A stretch of 64,000 nt of DNA from NCBI GenBank assembly GCA_041743505.1, contig JBGTMQ010000019.1, forward strand, positions 70,147-134,146. Direction: 5' to 3'. Positions 38,673 through 47,831 of this stretch are shown here, piece after piece; position 1 is the stretch's first letter; each line of letters starts with the position of its first letter. This DNA is from Candidatus Saccharimonadia bacterium. Lineage in GTDB: Bacteria > Patescibacteriota > Saccharimonadia > UBA4664. The notes under the pieces were generated by a model that saw only the letters and a program-made list of their open reading frames with translations, did not search any database and was not told where the DNA came from. The translations under genes were made by a program, and so were the position numbers.

Positions 38673-39355
38673 TTATTCCTCAATGCAGCAGTTGTTGTAT
38701 AAGAACTCGTGTACGTACGGGACCCGATCGTCTTGCTCTCGGTTACGGTGAAGCTAATGGCTTCAGTGCCGGCCGGCGAGGTTACAGTAGCGCCGTTAGC
38801 ATCTAGGTAAGAGGTAGTCAAATTAGCCACATCCTCAACAATGACCGAATCGGCCGGACAGCTGCCGTTAGCGATGGCTGGCGGGCAAGTAGTGACTGCC
38901 CGGTTGCTAGGAGCCGAGGTATTAGCTATTACGCGCTTATACAACCGGCGGGTAGTATTATCAAGGTAAAAGATAATGTCGTCTGTGTAGAGGTTGTTAT
39001 GCAAGCCATCAATATAGATAAGGTTATTTGACGTGTCACGTGATGGCACGGACACAATGAGCGTAGTGCCGGAGCCGGCCGCACCTGACCAACTGTAAAG
39101 GTTGCCTGGTGCGCCTGGAGCGTTGTTATCAGCCAGAACATTATTTGCCTGAACGGAGCGGCCCTCACGAGCAATACGGGCCACTGCCTCCACCGCTGCT
39201 TTGGTGTTTACTAGCACCTCGGTCTGGGTGTAGTCCTGCTGGCTAGAACGTATGCTATCAGTCACAAAGTTACCGGCTACAAGAAGTAAAACACTAGTCA
39301 AGCTAATGGCCATTAGCACTTCCAATAAGCTAAAACCCCGTTCATCGGGACTCAT
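38669..39355 (-). CDS. Minor pilin (PilW-like)
   Basis: ERGFSLLEV class III signal. Confidence 0.85.
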   Translation of the reverse strand: MSPDERGFSLLEVLMAISLTSVLLLVAGNFVTDSIRSSQQDYTQTEVLVNTKAAVEAVARIAREGRSVQANNVLADNNAPGAPGNLYSWSGAAGSGTTLIVSVPSRDTSNNLIYIDGLHNNLYTDDIIFYLDNTTRRLYKRVIANTSAPSNRAVTTCPPAIANGSCPADSVIVEDVANLTTSYLDANGATVTSPAGTEAISFTVTESKTIGSRTYTSSYTTTAALRNK

Positions 39356-39753
39356 TTATTAATCCCCCGGCTTGCCACTAGCGTAGTCACACTAGTGGTC
39401 TTAAGGCCGCCTTTGCCGGTAAAGGTGATCGTCAGGTCAATCTGCTTTAGCCCGTTAGGCTGAAGTTCGGTAATGGTGGCAGTAGCCGACCGCGGCGCTA
39501 GGAGCGTGGGGTACGGCGTAAGAATTCCCGCTATATTCTGGGTGCCAACCACCAGATTGTTATATGGCGTATTGCGGTATTGCTCAATCTGTTGTTGTGC
39601 CAACTGGTTAACGATAACCATATTGCTGGAAAAACGGTTCAAATCCCGCACTTCAATAAAAAACTGAAGCATAGCCATAATCATAACGCTCATTACAGTT
39701 ATGGTTACAATAAGCTCAAGGAGCGAAAACCCCCGCTCATCAGCATATTTCAT
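39352..39753 (-). CDS. Minor pilin (PilV-like)
   Basis: ERGFSLLEL class III signal. Confidence 0.85.
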   Translation of the reverse strand: MKYADERGFSLLELIVTITVMSVMIMAMLQFFIEVRDLNRFSSNMVIVNQLAQQQIEQYRNTPYNNLVVGTQNIAGILTPYPTLLAPRSATATITELQPNGLKQIDLTITFTGKGGLKTTSVTTLVASRGINK

Positions 39754-39780
39754 ATTGATATTATACTGCTTACGCTCATC

Positions 39781-39809
39781 AAAAACGACCCCGGTAGAGA
39801 GGTCGTTTT
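39781..39809 (-). terminator. Terminator after major pilin
   Basis: AAAACGACC...GGTCGTTTT inverted repeat. Confidence 0.65.
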
Positions 39810-39828
39810 CAGATTGGCTCAGGAAGTT

Positions 39829-40263
39829 CTAGTTGTTGTTAATCAGCTGGAAGTTACGGCTGGAGCCAGTACATGTTGCATCGTTGTTGGTCCCAGTGCT
39901 CGAGTCACCGCCATTCTCAAGACAAGCCTTGAGGGTGTAGGTGGTGTTGGTACCAGCCGGGGTGTAGGTGTAAACCAGCACACCAGTGTTCTTGGGGTCG
40001 GTCGGCACGTTCGTTAAGATTGGCGGGTTACCAGCCGTCAGGTCAGTGAGCGCCGCCGGATAAACATTGTTGCTAACAAAGTACTCTTCCAGTCCCTTCT
40101 GGATGGCCTTAAGATCGGTTTTACGCTGAGTGTCGCGGGCCTTCTTGGGCGCGGACGTAATGTTGGGGATAATCAACAAGGCTAGGATGCCAATGATCAC
40201 AATAACGATCAAAAGCTCCAGGAGCGTGAAACCGCCTTGTTTTTTAATGATGTTTTTAAGCAC
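39829..40263 (-). CDS. Probable major type IV pilin
   Basis: QGGFTLLELLIVIVIIGILA; strong AGGAGGTG RBS; own terminator; C-terminal Cys pair. Confidence 0.88.
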   Translation of the reverse strand: MLKNIIKKQGGFTLLELLIVIVIIGILALLIIPNITSAPKKARDTQRKTDLKAIQKGLEEYFVSNNVYPAALTDLTAGNPPILTNVPTDPKNTGVLVYTYTPAGTNTTYTLKACLENGGDSSTGTNNDATCTGSSRNFQLINNN

Positions 40264-40414
40264 GAGTGCTCACCTCCTTAATATTTGTGGAACTAGAATA
40301 GAGATAATAAGCTCTATATAAATTCACTATAAAGTGCTTACGTTTGAGTGTCAAATGAGATCAAAAAAAGCCCCCGCCCCGGCCAAAAAACCGGAGCGAG
40401 GGTAACGCACAACA

Positions 40415-40981
40415 CTAGCTATGTTCTGGCAAGCCCGTTTCGCGTCTTGATGCCGCCGAGCGACGAAGTGAGGCCAATTCCTCAGCCAAATTGTCTGCGC
40501 TGGACTTGTGGTCATCCGCGCGCGCGGCCAAACCGCGCTTCTCCAGCTCCTGCAATTGGGGCTGCTGGGCGGCCCACTTCTTGGCCTGTACCTCAGCCAC
40601 ACCCACCACCGCGATGAGGGCAGCGGTCAGGATAAAGCGGCTGGGCTTTCCCGTCACCCGGTTATGAACCAGCTTGACGAGGGGAGCACGCACAAGTGCA
40701 GAAGCTAGCTCAATACTGCCACGAACAGGCTTAGCCGCAACACCGGCGGTCATGGTAGCCAGCACACCCACCTTCAGATTCTTTGCCAGGCGCGGCCGCT
40801 TGGGTTTCAACCCAGGCTCGGTCTTTGCCATAACAACGCCGGTTATGACGGCGCCGACAACAGCTGGGAGGTACTCGAGCGGTGGTTCCCGGAGCAACTC
40901 CGGGTTCTCAACCACCGCGGCAATCCGCTGCCGGGCACTCTCGGCCAGGGCCTGCAGGTGCTGCGTGTAATTCGGCATCAA
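40415..40981 (-). CDS. Hypothetical membrane-associated protein
   Basis: AGGAG RBS; three hydrophobic stretches separated by basic Pro-containing linkers. Confidence 0.6.
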   Translation of the reverse strand: MMPNYTQHLQALAESARQRIAAVVENPELLREPPLEYLPAVVGAVITGVVMAKTEPGLKPKRPRLAKNLKVGVLATMTAGVAAKPVRGSIELASALVRAPLVKLVHNRVTGKPSRFILTAALIAVVGVAEVQAKKWAAQQPQLQELEKRGLAARADDHKSSADNLAEELASLRRSAASRRETGLPEHS

Positions 40982-41114
40982 TACTCCTAGCGAACGAAGA
41001 GCGGATCTGCTCCGAATGGGGCAGATTTACACTTTATAGCACAAAAACAAAGTTAAAACAAGACTCCGCCCCGGCCAAAAGCCGGAGCGGAGACAAAACC
41101 GGTGACAGACAAAA

Positions 41115-41603
41115 CTACTGTCGGTATACGGGGTCTTCCACGAATGTTGGTAGTTGCTTCAATTCGTGTCGGTAGGCAGCAATAGCCGCCTCGTGTTCCG
41201 ATGGCAATTTTCCTCCCAGTCTCGGGTGAAATTTGATGGCGAGAAGCCAACGGTGATTGCGCAGCCAAGCCATGCGGGGCTCATAGTGTCTTTCGACACT
41301 CAACTCGGGCTTGGTTAAATGCTTGTAGAGCAGGGTTATAACAACGCCACTAACGATGGTAACCAAGAACAACACAGTGCCGGCGTTGATGAATTTTCGT
41401 GCCTCAGGACTCCAGTCGAACGGCAGTGGCCATACCAGCAGGAGCGTATAAGCGCCGACACCGGCGCCGGATGTTGAGAGAGCCAGGACAGGCATAACCC
41501 AAACTGGTATTCGGCAGTATCGCCACGTTACAAGCCAGATTACAACGACGACCAACCCCAGTACGACAACTGCTGTTGTGGGGGGAAAAATATGGAGGGT
41601 CAT
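41115..41603 (-). CDS. Hypothetical three-TM membrane protein
   Basis: GGGAG RBS before MTLHIF. Confidence 0.6.
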   Translation of the reverse strand: MTLHIFPPTTAVVVLGLVVVVIWLVTWRYCRIPVWVMPVLALSTSGAGVGAYTLLLVWPLPFDWSPEARKFINAGTVLFLVTIVSGVVITLLYKHLTKPELSVERHYEPRMAWLRNHRWLLAIKFHPRLGGKLPSEHEAAIAAYRHELKQLPTFVEDPVYRQ

Positions 41604-41783
41604 GTTGCTCCCTGTGTCAGGAAGGTACTGGAGGGGAAACGAACTAACAACTAGATTAATATACTCCTCAAGCCAAAATACGCAAGAGTTTGTCCACAAT
41701 GTTAATCAAAACAAGAATACCCCCAGATATGAGGACGCCCGCCCCGGTCATTGACCGGGGCGGGCGTAAGCTGTGAAGAGTGG

Positions 41784-41909
41784 TTATGCAGCCTTGTCGT
41801 AAGGCGCTTCGTCCTCTTCACGGACCAACACGGCCCGGCGGCGCAGAAGCCCGGCTGCTACCAGCCCCACTATTGCCACCGCAATCAAAACAATCCAGCC
41901 GCGATTCAC
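41784..41909 (-). CDS. 41-aa single-TM peptide (not in ORF track)
   Basis: AAAGGAGGTGA RBS, GTG start; MNRGWIVLIAVAIVGLVAAGLLRRRAVLVREEDEAPYDKAA. Confidence 0.7.
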   Translation of the reverse strand: MNRGWIVLIAVAIVGLVAAGLLRRRAVLVREEDEAPYDKAA

Positions 41910-41940
41910 AATTCACCTCCTTTACTGACTCGATGGAGGC

Positions 41941-42054
41941 CTATTTATCGGTGTTCCGGTTAGCCCGGCTCCGCGCGCGAAGCTTCGCGAACAACCCCAG
42001 CGCCGCCGCCACCAGACCGATGCGTTTCCACGACTGGCCTGACCACTTGGGCAT
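41941..42054 (-). CDS. 37-aa cationic hydrophobic peptide (not in ORF track)
   Basis: GAGGGGGTGA RBS; MPKWSGQSWKRIGLVAAALGLFAKLRARSRANRNTDK. Confidence 0.6.
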   Translation of the reverse strand: MPKWSGQSWKRIGLVAAALGLFAKLRARSRANRNTDK

Positions 42055-42147
42055 GATTCACCCCCTCGAACATGTCGGATGTGCCCTTCGGACTATTAGG
42101 TGATACCACAGGGGTAAAATAATTGCTAGCTTAAGTAGTTAGGGCAA

Positions 42148-43380
42148 TTAAACAGAGTTACTGATCTCTGAGATCGGACCAAACACCGAGATAACGATAA
42201 AACCAACCATGCCTCCGAGCACAATAATAAGAATCGGTTCAATGATAGAAGTGATGCCGGAAATTACCGTGTCAACCTCACGCTCATAAAAGCCGGCCAG
42301 TTTGAGCAAAATTTCATCAATTTTGCCCGTTTCCTCACCCACCGACAGCATTTGGCCGACGATAGCGGGGAAGTGTGGGGAGGCCCGGATTTGCTCGCTC
42401 ATGGGCCGGCCGTTCTTAACTTTTTGGGCCACGATAGCTAATTCATCGCGGTAGACCGTGCTGCCTAGAGCACTTTGAGTAGCCTTCAAGGCATCGAGCA
42501 CCGAGATGCCCGAGGCCATCAGCGAACCAAAAGTACGGGCAAACCGCGCTATATTAACCTTAACAAGGATCGGGCCAATAATAGGGGCTTTGAGCAGCAG
42601 CCGGTCAAAAATACGCTTACCGCTATCGGTCCGGTGCCAGCGCACAAAAGCAATGATTGCTACAATCGCGCCACCAATAAGGTAATACCAGCCATGCACC
42701 AGGAAATCGGACATTGCTAACATAATTTTTGTGTAGATAGGCAGGTCGGCGCCCGCATCCTCAAAAATGCTGGACAATTTCGGCACGATCACAGTCATTA
42801 GGAAAAAGAATGCGCCAAAAGTCGCTATTGTAATAACGGCCGGGTAGATCATGGCGCTCTTGACCTTGCTCACGATCTCGGCGTCTTTTTCCTGCTGGGT
42901 GGCCAGGCGGTCAAGCACGTCATCCAGAATACCGCCGGTTTCACCGGCCCGCACCATGTTGACATAGATATTATTGAATACGTCCGGATGAGCGGCCAGC
43001 GCGTTGGCTAAGGTAGCACCGCCTTCAACCTGTTTGGATACATCAGCCACCACCAGCTTAAGTTTCTTCGACTCGGATTGTTCCGCCAGGATGCTCAGGG
43101 CCTGCGCGATCGGCACACCGGCATTAATCATCGTGGCAAACTGACGGCTCATGATAACCTTATCTTGTAATTTAACTCCGCCGCCCAGGTGTATTTTCTC
43201 CAGAAATCCATCGAGACCGCCAATACCAGCCGGCTTGGCCTTTGCCTCCTCCTTGAGCAGGATCGGCGTCAGACCTTTATCGGCCAGGCTGGCTGCAGCT
43301 GCCGCCCGGTCAGCCGCAAATAACGTACCCTTCTGGAACACCCCGGACTTGTCACGCGCACTGTAACTAAATGATGCCAT
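42148..43380 (-). CDS. pilC: Type IV pilus platform protein PilC (GspF family)
   Basis: RQFATMINAGVP, AGETGG.L, SAMIYP and VGEETG motifs. Confidence 0.95.
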   Translation of the reverse strand: MASFSYSARDKSGVFQKGTLFAADRAAAAASLADKGLTPILLKEEAKAKPAGIGGLDGFLEKIHLGGGVKLQDKVIMSRQFATMINAGVPIAQALSILAEQSESKKLKLVVADVSKQVEGGATLANALAAHPDVFNNIYVNMVRAGETGGILDDVLDRLATQQEKDAEIVSKVKSAMIYPAVITIATFGAFFFLMTVIVPKLSSIFEDAGADLPIYTKIMLAMSDFLVHGWYYLIGGAIVAIIAFVRWHRTDSGKRIFDRLLLKAPIIGPILVKVNIARFARTFGSLMASGISVLDALKATQSALGSTVYRDELAIVAQKVKNGRPMSEQIRASPHFPAIVGQMLSVGEETGKIDEILLKLAGFYEREVDTVISGITSIIEPILIIVLGGMVGFIVISVFGPISEISNSV

Positions 43381-43383
43381 TGA

Positions 43384-45435
43384 TTACTCCCGGGTTACTC
43401 TTAAGATCTCTTCGATGGTCGTCCGGCCCATCAAAGCTTTTACAAAACCGTCCTGTTGCATGGTTAACATACCGCCGCGGACGGCCTGTAGCTGAATGTC
43501 ATCCGAGGTTGCGTGACCCACAATCATCTTCTGGATCGAATCACTCACTTCCAGGACCTCGTAAATACCCATGCGCCCCTGGTACCCAACCCCGCCACAA
43601 GCTTCACACCCGGGACCGGCTTTATACAGAATAAATTGACCGGCCTTGAGATGGGCTGGATCCGGAGCCGGCCCGGCCTGCAGGGGCGCGGGAGGCGGGG
43701 CTGCCGCGCCGACAACCAGCGCAGCAGCAGGGGCAGTCACGGGTGCCGGCGGTTGCGGTGCTGCCGGGGAGCCGGCCTTTTTGGCGTCCTCGACCGACCG
43801 GTTGATAATATTCGGGTCGGCCGCGATCTTATCCAGAATCGAATTCGCCGTATCAATATCATGCGTCGGCTCAATAATCCGGTTCTTCTTGCGCTCGTTC
43901 GGCTCTACCCGCACTGGCTTTGGCGCCTCTTGCGGCACCGGTGAAGGTACAGCCGGCTTCTCGGCCGGGATCGCTCCGCCGCTCTTCAGTTCATTGAAAT
44001 GCTTTAGCGCAATATCAAGCTGGAAATCCCGCTTGATATTACTAAGCTCTGTGCCCTCGGGCACGTACGACTGGCGGCAAACCGGGCACAGCCGCCGCAC
44101 CAGCCGCTGGCCAATCACTGTGTTAACCGTACTCGCAATCAGAAACGGCTCAATGCCCATATCCAACAACCGGGGTAGGGTAGTGGCGGCATTATTAGTG
44201 TGCAGCGTGCTCAAAACCACGTGCCCGGTCAAAGCCGCCTGCACAGCCAAATCCGCCGTCTCACCGTCACGAATCTCACCCACCATGATGATGTTGGGGT
44301 CTTGCCGCAACAGCGCCCGCAAACCGGCCGCGAAACTCATGCCGGCCTTAACGTTGGTTTGCGTCTGGTTGACACCGGTCACGCGGTATTCCACCGGGTC
44401 CTCAATCGTCGAAATATTCACGCCCGCCGTGTTGAGCATTGACAATATCGAATACAACGTAGTGGACTTGCCCGAGCCGGTCGGACCCGTTACCAGCGTC
44501 ATACCATGCGGCTTGTGCAGGTTGCGGCCGATAGTATCCAGCGCATTACCGGCAAAGCCCAGCTCTTCCAATGTCAGCGCCCGGGCCGATTCGTCCAAAA
44601 TACGCATGACGACCTTCTCGCCGTCCATGATCGGCAAAGTCGATACCCGCAGCGCCACTTGCTTCTGCCCGATACTAAACTTAAACCGCCCGTCCTGTGG
44701 TACCCGGTGCTCATCAATTTTCAAATTCGACAAAATCTTAATACGCGACACTACCGCCGCCAATATTGGCTTTGGCAAAGTCATGGTTTCGCGCAGTACA
44801 CCATCGATGCGGTAACGCACCTGCACAATATTTTCCCGCGGCTCAATATGAATGTCGGATGCCCGGCTCTTGATGGCGTATTCCAATATGACGTTTACCG
44901 TTTTGGCGATTGGTGCGTCTTCGGCTATATCCTTTGCCGACACCTTTTCCTCGGCCGCCGCGTCCGCGCTGCTGTCCTTGATGGCCTTTGTTATCTCGCT
45001 CGATATGTTACCCTTGTATTGGTCAATAGCACCCAACACATCGCTTGGCACCGCCAAATAAGACTTAAGTTTCCCGCCGACTTGCTTGCTAATAAAGTCT
45101 GCCGCCTGGAAGTCCTCAGGATCGGCCATAGCCAGCTGATAGTGGTCCTCCTCCACACCAAATAACACCGCCTGATACTTCCGCGCGATCCGCTCCGGGA
45201 TCTTTAGCAGCACCTCGCGCGGAATCTTAACGTCACCCAATTCTACGAACGGCACCTTAATACTGTCCGCAAACAGTTTGGCCAGGTCCTTCTCGTTAAT
45301 GAATTTATTTTTGAGGACGGCAGCTTGCAGCGTTTCGGTGGATCCTTGCTTGGGCGTAGCATCATTAAGAACGGTCTCTTTTACGCGACCGGAGTCAATT
45401 AACAGCTTTCTGAGCTCACCATCAGATATGTGCAT
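43384..45435 (-). CDS. pilB: Type IV pilus assembly ATPase PilB (GspE family)
   Basis: ASDIHIEP, GPTGSGKSTT, TIEDPVE, LRQDP..IMVGEIRD and STLHTN motifs. Confidence 0.96.
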   Translation of the reverse strand: MHISDGELRKLLIDSGRVKETVLNDATPKQGSTETLQAAVLKNKFINEKDLAKLFADSIKVPFVELGDVKIPREVLLKIPERIARKYQAVLFGVEEDHYQLAMADPEDFQAADFISKQVGGKLKSYLAVPSDVLGAIDQYKGNISSEITKAIKDSSADAAAEEKVSAKDIAEDAPIAKTVNVILEYAIKSRASDIHIEPRENIVQVRYRIDGVLRETMTLPKPILAAVVSRIKILSNLKIDEHRVPQDGRFKFSIGQKQVALRVSTLPIMDGEKVVMRILDESARALTLEELGFAGNALDTIGRNLHKPHGMTLVTGPTGSGKSTTLYSILSMLNTAGVNISTIEDPVEYRVTGVNQTQTNVKAGMSFAAGLRALLRQDPNIIMVGEIRDGETADLAVQAALTGHVVLSTLHTNNAATTLPRLLDMGIEPFLIASTVNTVIGQRLVRRLCPVCRQSYVPEGTELSNIKRDFQLDIALKHFNELKSGGAIPAEKPAVPSPVPQEAPKPVRVEPNERKKNRIIEPTHDIDTANSILDKIAADPNIINRSVEDAKKAGSPAAPQPPAPVTAPAAALVVGAAAPPPAPLQAGPAPDPAHLKAGQFILYKAGPGCEACGGVGYQGRMGIYEVLEVSDSIQKMIVGHATSDDIQLQAVRGGMLTMQQDGFVKALMGRTTIEEILRVTRE

Positions 45436-45462
45436 AGTTAGAATTATTGTAGCATAAGCAGC

Positions 45463-45744
45463 TTAAACGCGTTCATGCAATAGCCGGGCTACGCGGCTGG
45501 CCCGTACAGATTCGCTCTTGATAATACGCCGCCCCCGTTGCGTCAGTTTATATCGTTGATTATCTCTCGTTAGCTCGATAAGGCCATCCCGCACAAGGCG
45601 TTGCAGCGCATAATAAAACGTTCTCTCGCCTATTATTAAGGTACTTTGCGAATCCTCCGCCACTTGAGTCGCAATCTCCGGTCGGGTCGCTTCGCCCGCT
45701 GCAAGTGCCAGCAAAATATGAAGGGTGACAGGGGTTGGTGGCAT
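45463..45744 (-). CDS. PadR-family transcriptional regulator
   Basis: HILLAL, TFYYALQRLVRDGLI and YKLTQRGR motifs. Confidence 0.8.
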   Translation of the reverse strand: MPPTPVTLHILLALAAGEATRPEIATQVAEDSQSTLIIGERTFYYALQRLVRDGLIELTRDNQRYKLTQRGRRIIKSESVRASRVARLLHERV

Positions 45745-45932
45745 GGCGAGAAATTCCAGTTTATATCCGGATAGGATACTGAAACCATTTCAGTAGGGGG
45801 GCTTAAACAATATGTCATGACCCGCGAAGTAAATAAACAAAGCTCATGCTTGCATTTCGGTTTTTGTTCACTTACATTGAAAACACAACTCGCAGGTGAG
45901 GCGAAAAGAGGTCTATAAAGGGAGATTTTCGT

Positions 45933-47831
45933 ATGCGCTTGCGAGCGGTGGTTCTAGTTGGTGTGATGCTTGGGCATAGTTTGGGTGCAGCGCTACTTGC
46001 TGTTCCCGGAACCGCTTCAGCCGCCAGCGGCGGCATTTATATCAGCGAACTTCAGACCAGCGGCCCCTTGTCCGGCCAGTCTAGCTACGAATTTGTAGAA
46101 CTCTATAATTCCAGCGACGTTGATGTGTCACTCAAAGGTTGGCAAATTGAATACCGGGCTGCCAGCACCGCCAATGGCAACGATTGCTCCCTGGGCTGGC
46201 CCAAAACTCCCACCATACTACCGGATGCAGTCGTAAAAGCCCACGGCTTCTACCTACTTGCGAACACGAAATACCCTCTCCAGTCGGACGGCCGGTTTAG
46301 CTTTGACCTGGCCTCTACCGCCGGCACCATCCGCATCCAGGACGCCAATAAACAGGTTGTCGATGCACTAGCCTGGGGCGACTCTACCGCTTGCGGCGCC
46401 GGCTCTCCAGCGCCCATCACGTCCGGCCAAAGCCTTGAGCGGCTCCCTGGTGCATCGGCCCCGTCAGGCGGCAATGGCTTCGACACCGGCGACAACCTGA
46501 ACGACTTCGCTCTGCGCCCAAGTCCCGAACCGCAAGGCACCGGCGCTGCCACCGAAGCGCCGCTCAATTTCGCTGGCATAGCTGAGGGCGATCCCACCGG
46601 CCAGTTGGCGCTCTCTGAGCTCCTCATCAACCCACACCTGGACCAGCCGGCCTTTGTCGAATTCAAAAACACCGGCCCGGATGTAATTGTCCTCAGCGCC
46701 TATGCCCTCAAAGTCGGAACAGCCAGTTACAATTTGCCCCACCATGTCATACTATCCGGCGGCTATGCGGTCGTCCGCTCAGACGTCTTTCCGCTATCTT
46801 TGCCCACTTCGGGCGGTAGTGTCAGCTTGATGGACGCAGCCGGCACCCCAACCGACACCATCACCTGGGACGAAGCACCGCTCGAAGCCGGCTTAATCGC
46901 AGGCGACAGCGACTGGACGTGGACCGCCAAGCCAACGCCGGGTACGGCCAATGAGGCTGTTGCGCTACCCGAAACCATTCCATTGTCGCTAACCGACACG
47001 GGCCTCTCGTCTCTTTATCCAGTCCTCAATATAACTGAGCTCTTGCCCGACCCGGCCTCACCAGCCACCGATGCCAGCGATGAATTTATTGAGCTGCACA
47101 ACCCGAATTCATTTGATGTTAATGTAGCGGGCTTTAGCCTCAAATCCGGTCAGACATTTAGTGGCAACTACACACTGCCGGACCTAACGGTTCCCGCGGG
47201 CGGGCATATAGCACTGACATCAGCTCAAACACATTTGGGCCTATCAAATAGCGGCTCGTCAGTCGGACTGTTCGATCCGCTAGGTAGTCAGATTGGTGCG
47301 ACCGTCAGCTATACCGCCGCCAAGGCCGGCAATACCTGGGCGCATTTCGAGTCCGGCTGGGCTTGGACAACCACGCCTACACCTGGCGCACCAAATATCC
47401 TGACGGCACCCGCCGATGTGGCAGGTGCCGCTGCCGCTGCGGCTGCGGCCAAGAAAGTCAAAGCCGCAGCCGCCACCAAAAAACCAAAGGCCGTCGCGGC
47501 CAAGGCTGCCAAGGCGCCAAAAGCGCCCAAGGAAAAGAAAACTGTTGCCACTAAATTCAAGGCAGCCGCCGCCAAAATCAAGCCAACCCTAGAAGCCGCC
47601 GCCGGCGGGCCGTGGGTCCTCCTGGTCCTGGTTGGTCTGACTATTTGTTATTGTATATACGAGTTCCGCTATGACTTACGAAATTACTACCACCAACTCA
47701 GAGGCCACACAGGCCGTAGCCGCCAAGCTGGCCCGGCTCTTGAAGGGCGGGGAGACGATCGAGCTGGCCAGCGACCTGGGCGGGGGCAAAACGACCTTCA
47801 CCCAAGGCCTAGCCGCAGCCTTGGGTTATAG
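45933..47831 (+). CDS. Surface protein with three lamin-tail domains, Lys/Ala-rich stalk and C-terminal TM
   Basis: Signal peptide; three ISE/LSE/ITE...EFVELYN-type repeats; TPG motifs; TM; overlaps tsaE. Confidence 0.85.
   Translation: MRLRAVVLVGVMLGHSLGAALLAVPGTASAASGGIYISELQTSGPLSGQSSYEFVELYNSSDVDVSLKGWQIEYRAASTANGNDCSLGWPKTPTILPDAVVKAHGFYLLANTKYPLQSDGRFSFDLASTAGTIRIQDANKQVVDALAWGDSTACGAGSPAPITSGQSLERLPGASAPSGGNGFDTGDNLNDFALRPSPEPQGTGAATEAPLNFAGIAEGDPTGQLALSELLINPHLDQPAFVEFKNTGPDVIVLSAYALKVGTASYNLPHHVILSGGYAVVRSDVFPLSLPTSGGSVSLMDAAGTPTDTITWDEAPLEAGLIAGDSDWTWTAKPTPGTANEAVALPETIPLSLTDTGLSSLYPVLNITELLPDPASPATDASDEFIELHNPNSFDVNVAGFSLKSGQTFSGNYTLPDLTVPAGGHIALTSAQTHLGLSNSGSSVGLFDPLGSQIGATVSYTAAKAGNTWAHFESGWAWTTTPTPGAPNILTAPADVAGAAAAAAAAKKVKAAAATKKPKAVAAKAAKAPKAPKEKKTVATKFKAAAAKIKPTLEAAAGGPWVLLVLVGLTICYCIYEFRYDLRNYYHQLRGHTGRSRQAGPALEGRGDDRAGQRPGRGQNDLHPRPSRSLGL

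Larger units (their letters stand above)
40374..41767. repeat. Three related GC-rich hairpins (40374-40398, 41066-41089, 41735-41767)
   Basis: Shared CCGCCCCGG...CCGG(A/G)GCG; each lies 3' of a minus-strand accessory unit. Confidence 0.75.

Noticed and set aside
40374-41767. Integron attC sites or a CRISPR array
   Set aside because: No RYYYAAC/GTTRRRY ends, no integrase or cas genes, and spacing is gene-sized; kept only as an unexplained repeat
43596-44088. Intein in PilB
   Set aside because: No C-terminal HN-C/S/T splice motif or LAGLIDADG blocks; insert is low-complexity
43646-44815. Long antisense ORFs (389 aa opposite pilB; also 48956-49858 opposite rny and 12690-13214 opposite yebC)
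   Set aside because: Shadow frames of well-conserved genes, expected from GC-rich biased codon use
34784-45435. Type II secretion system
   Set aside because: PilM/N/O and minor pilins are present with no secretin or GspC/L/M; better explained as a monoderm type IV pilus
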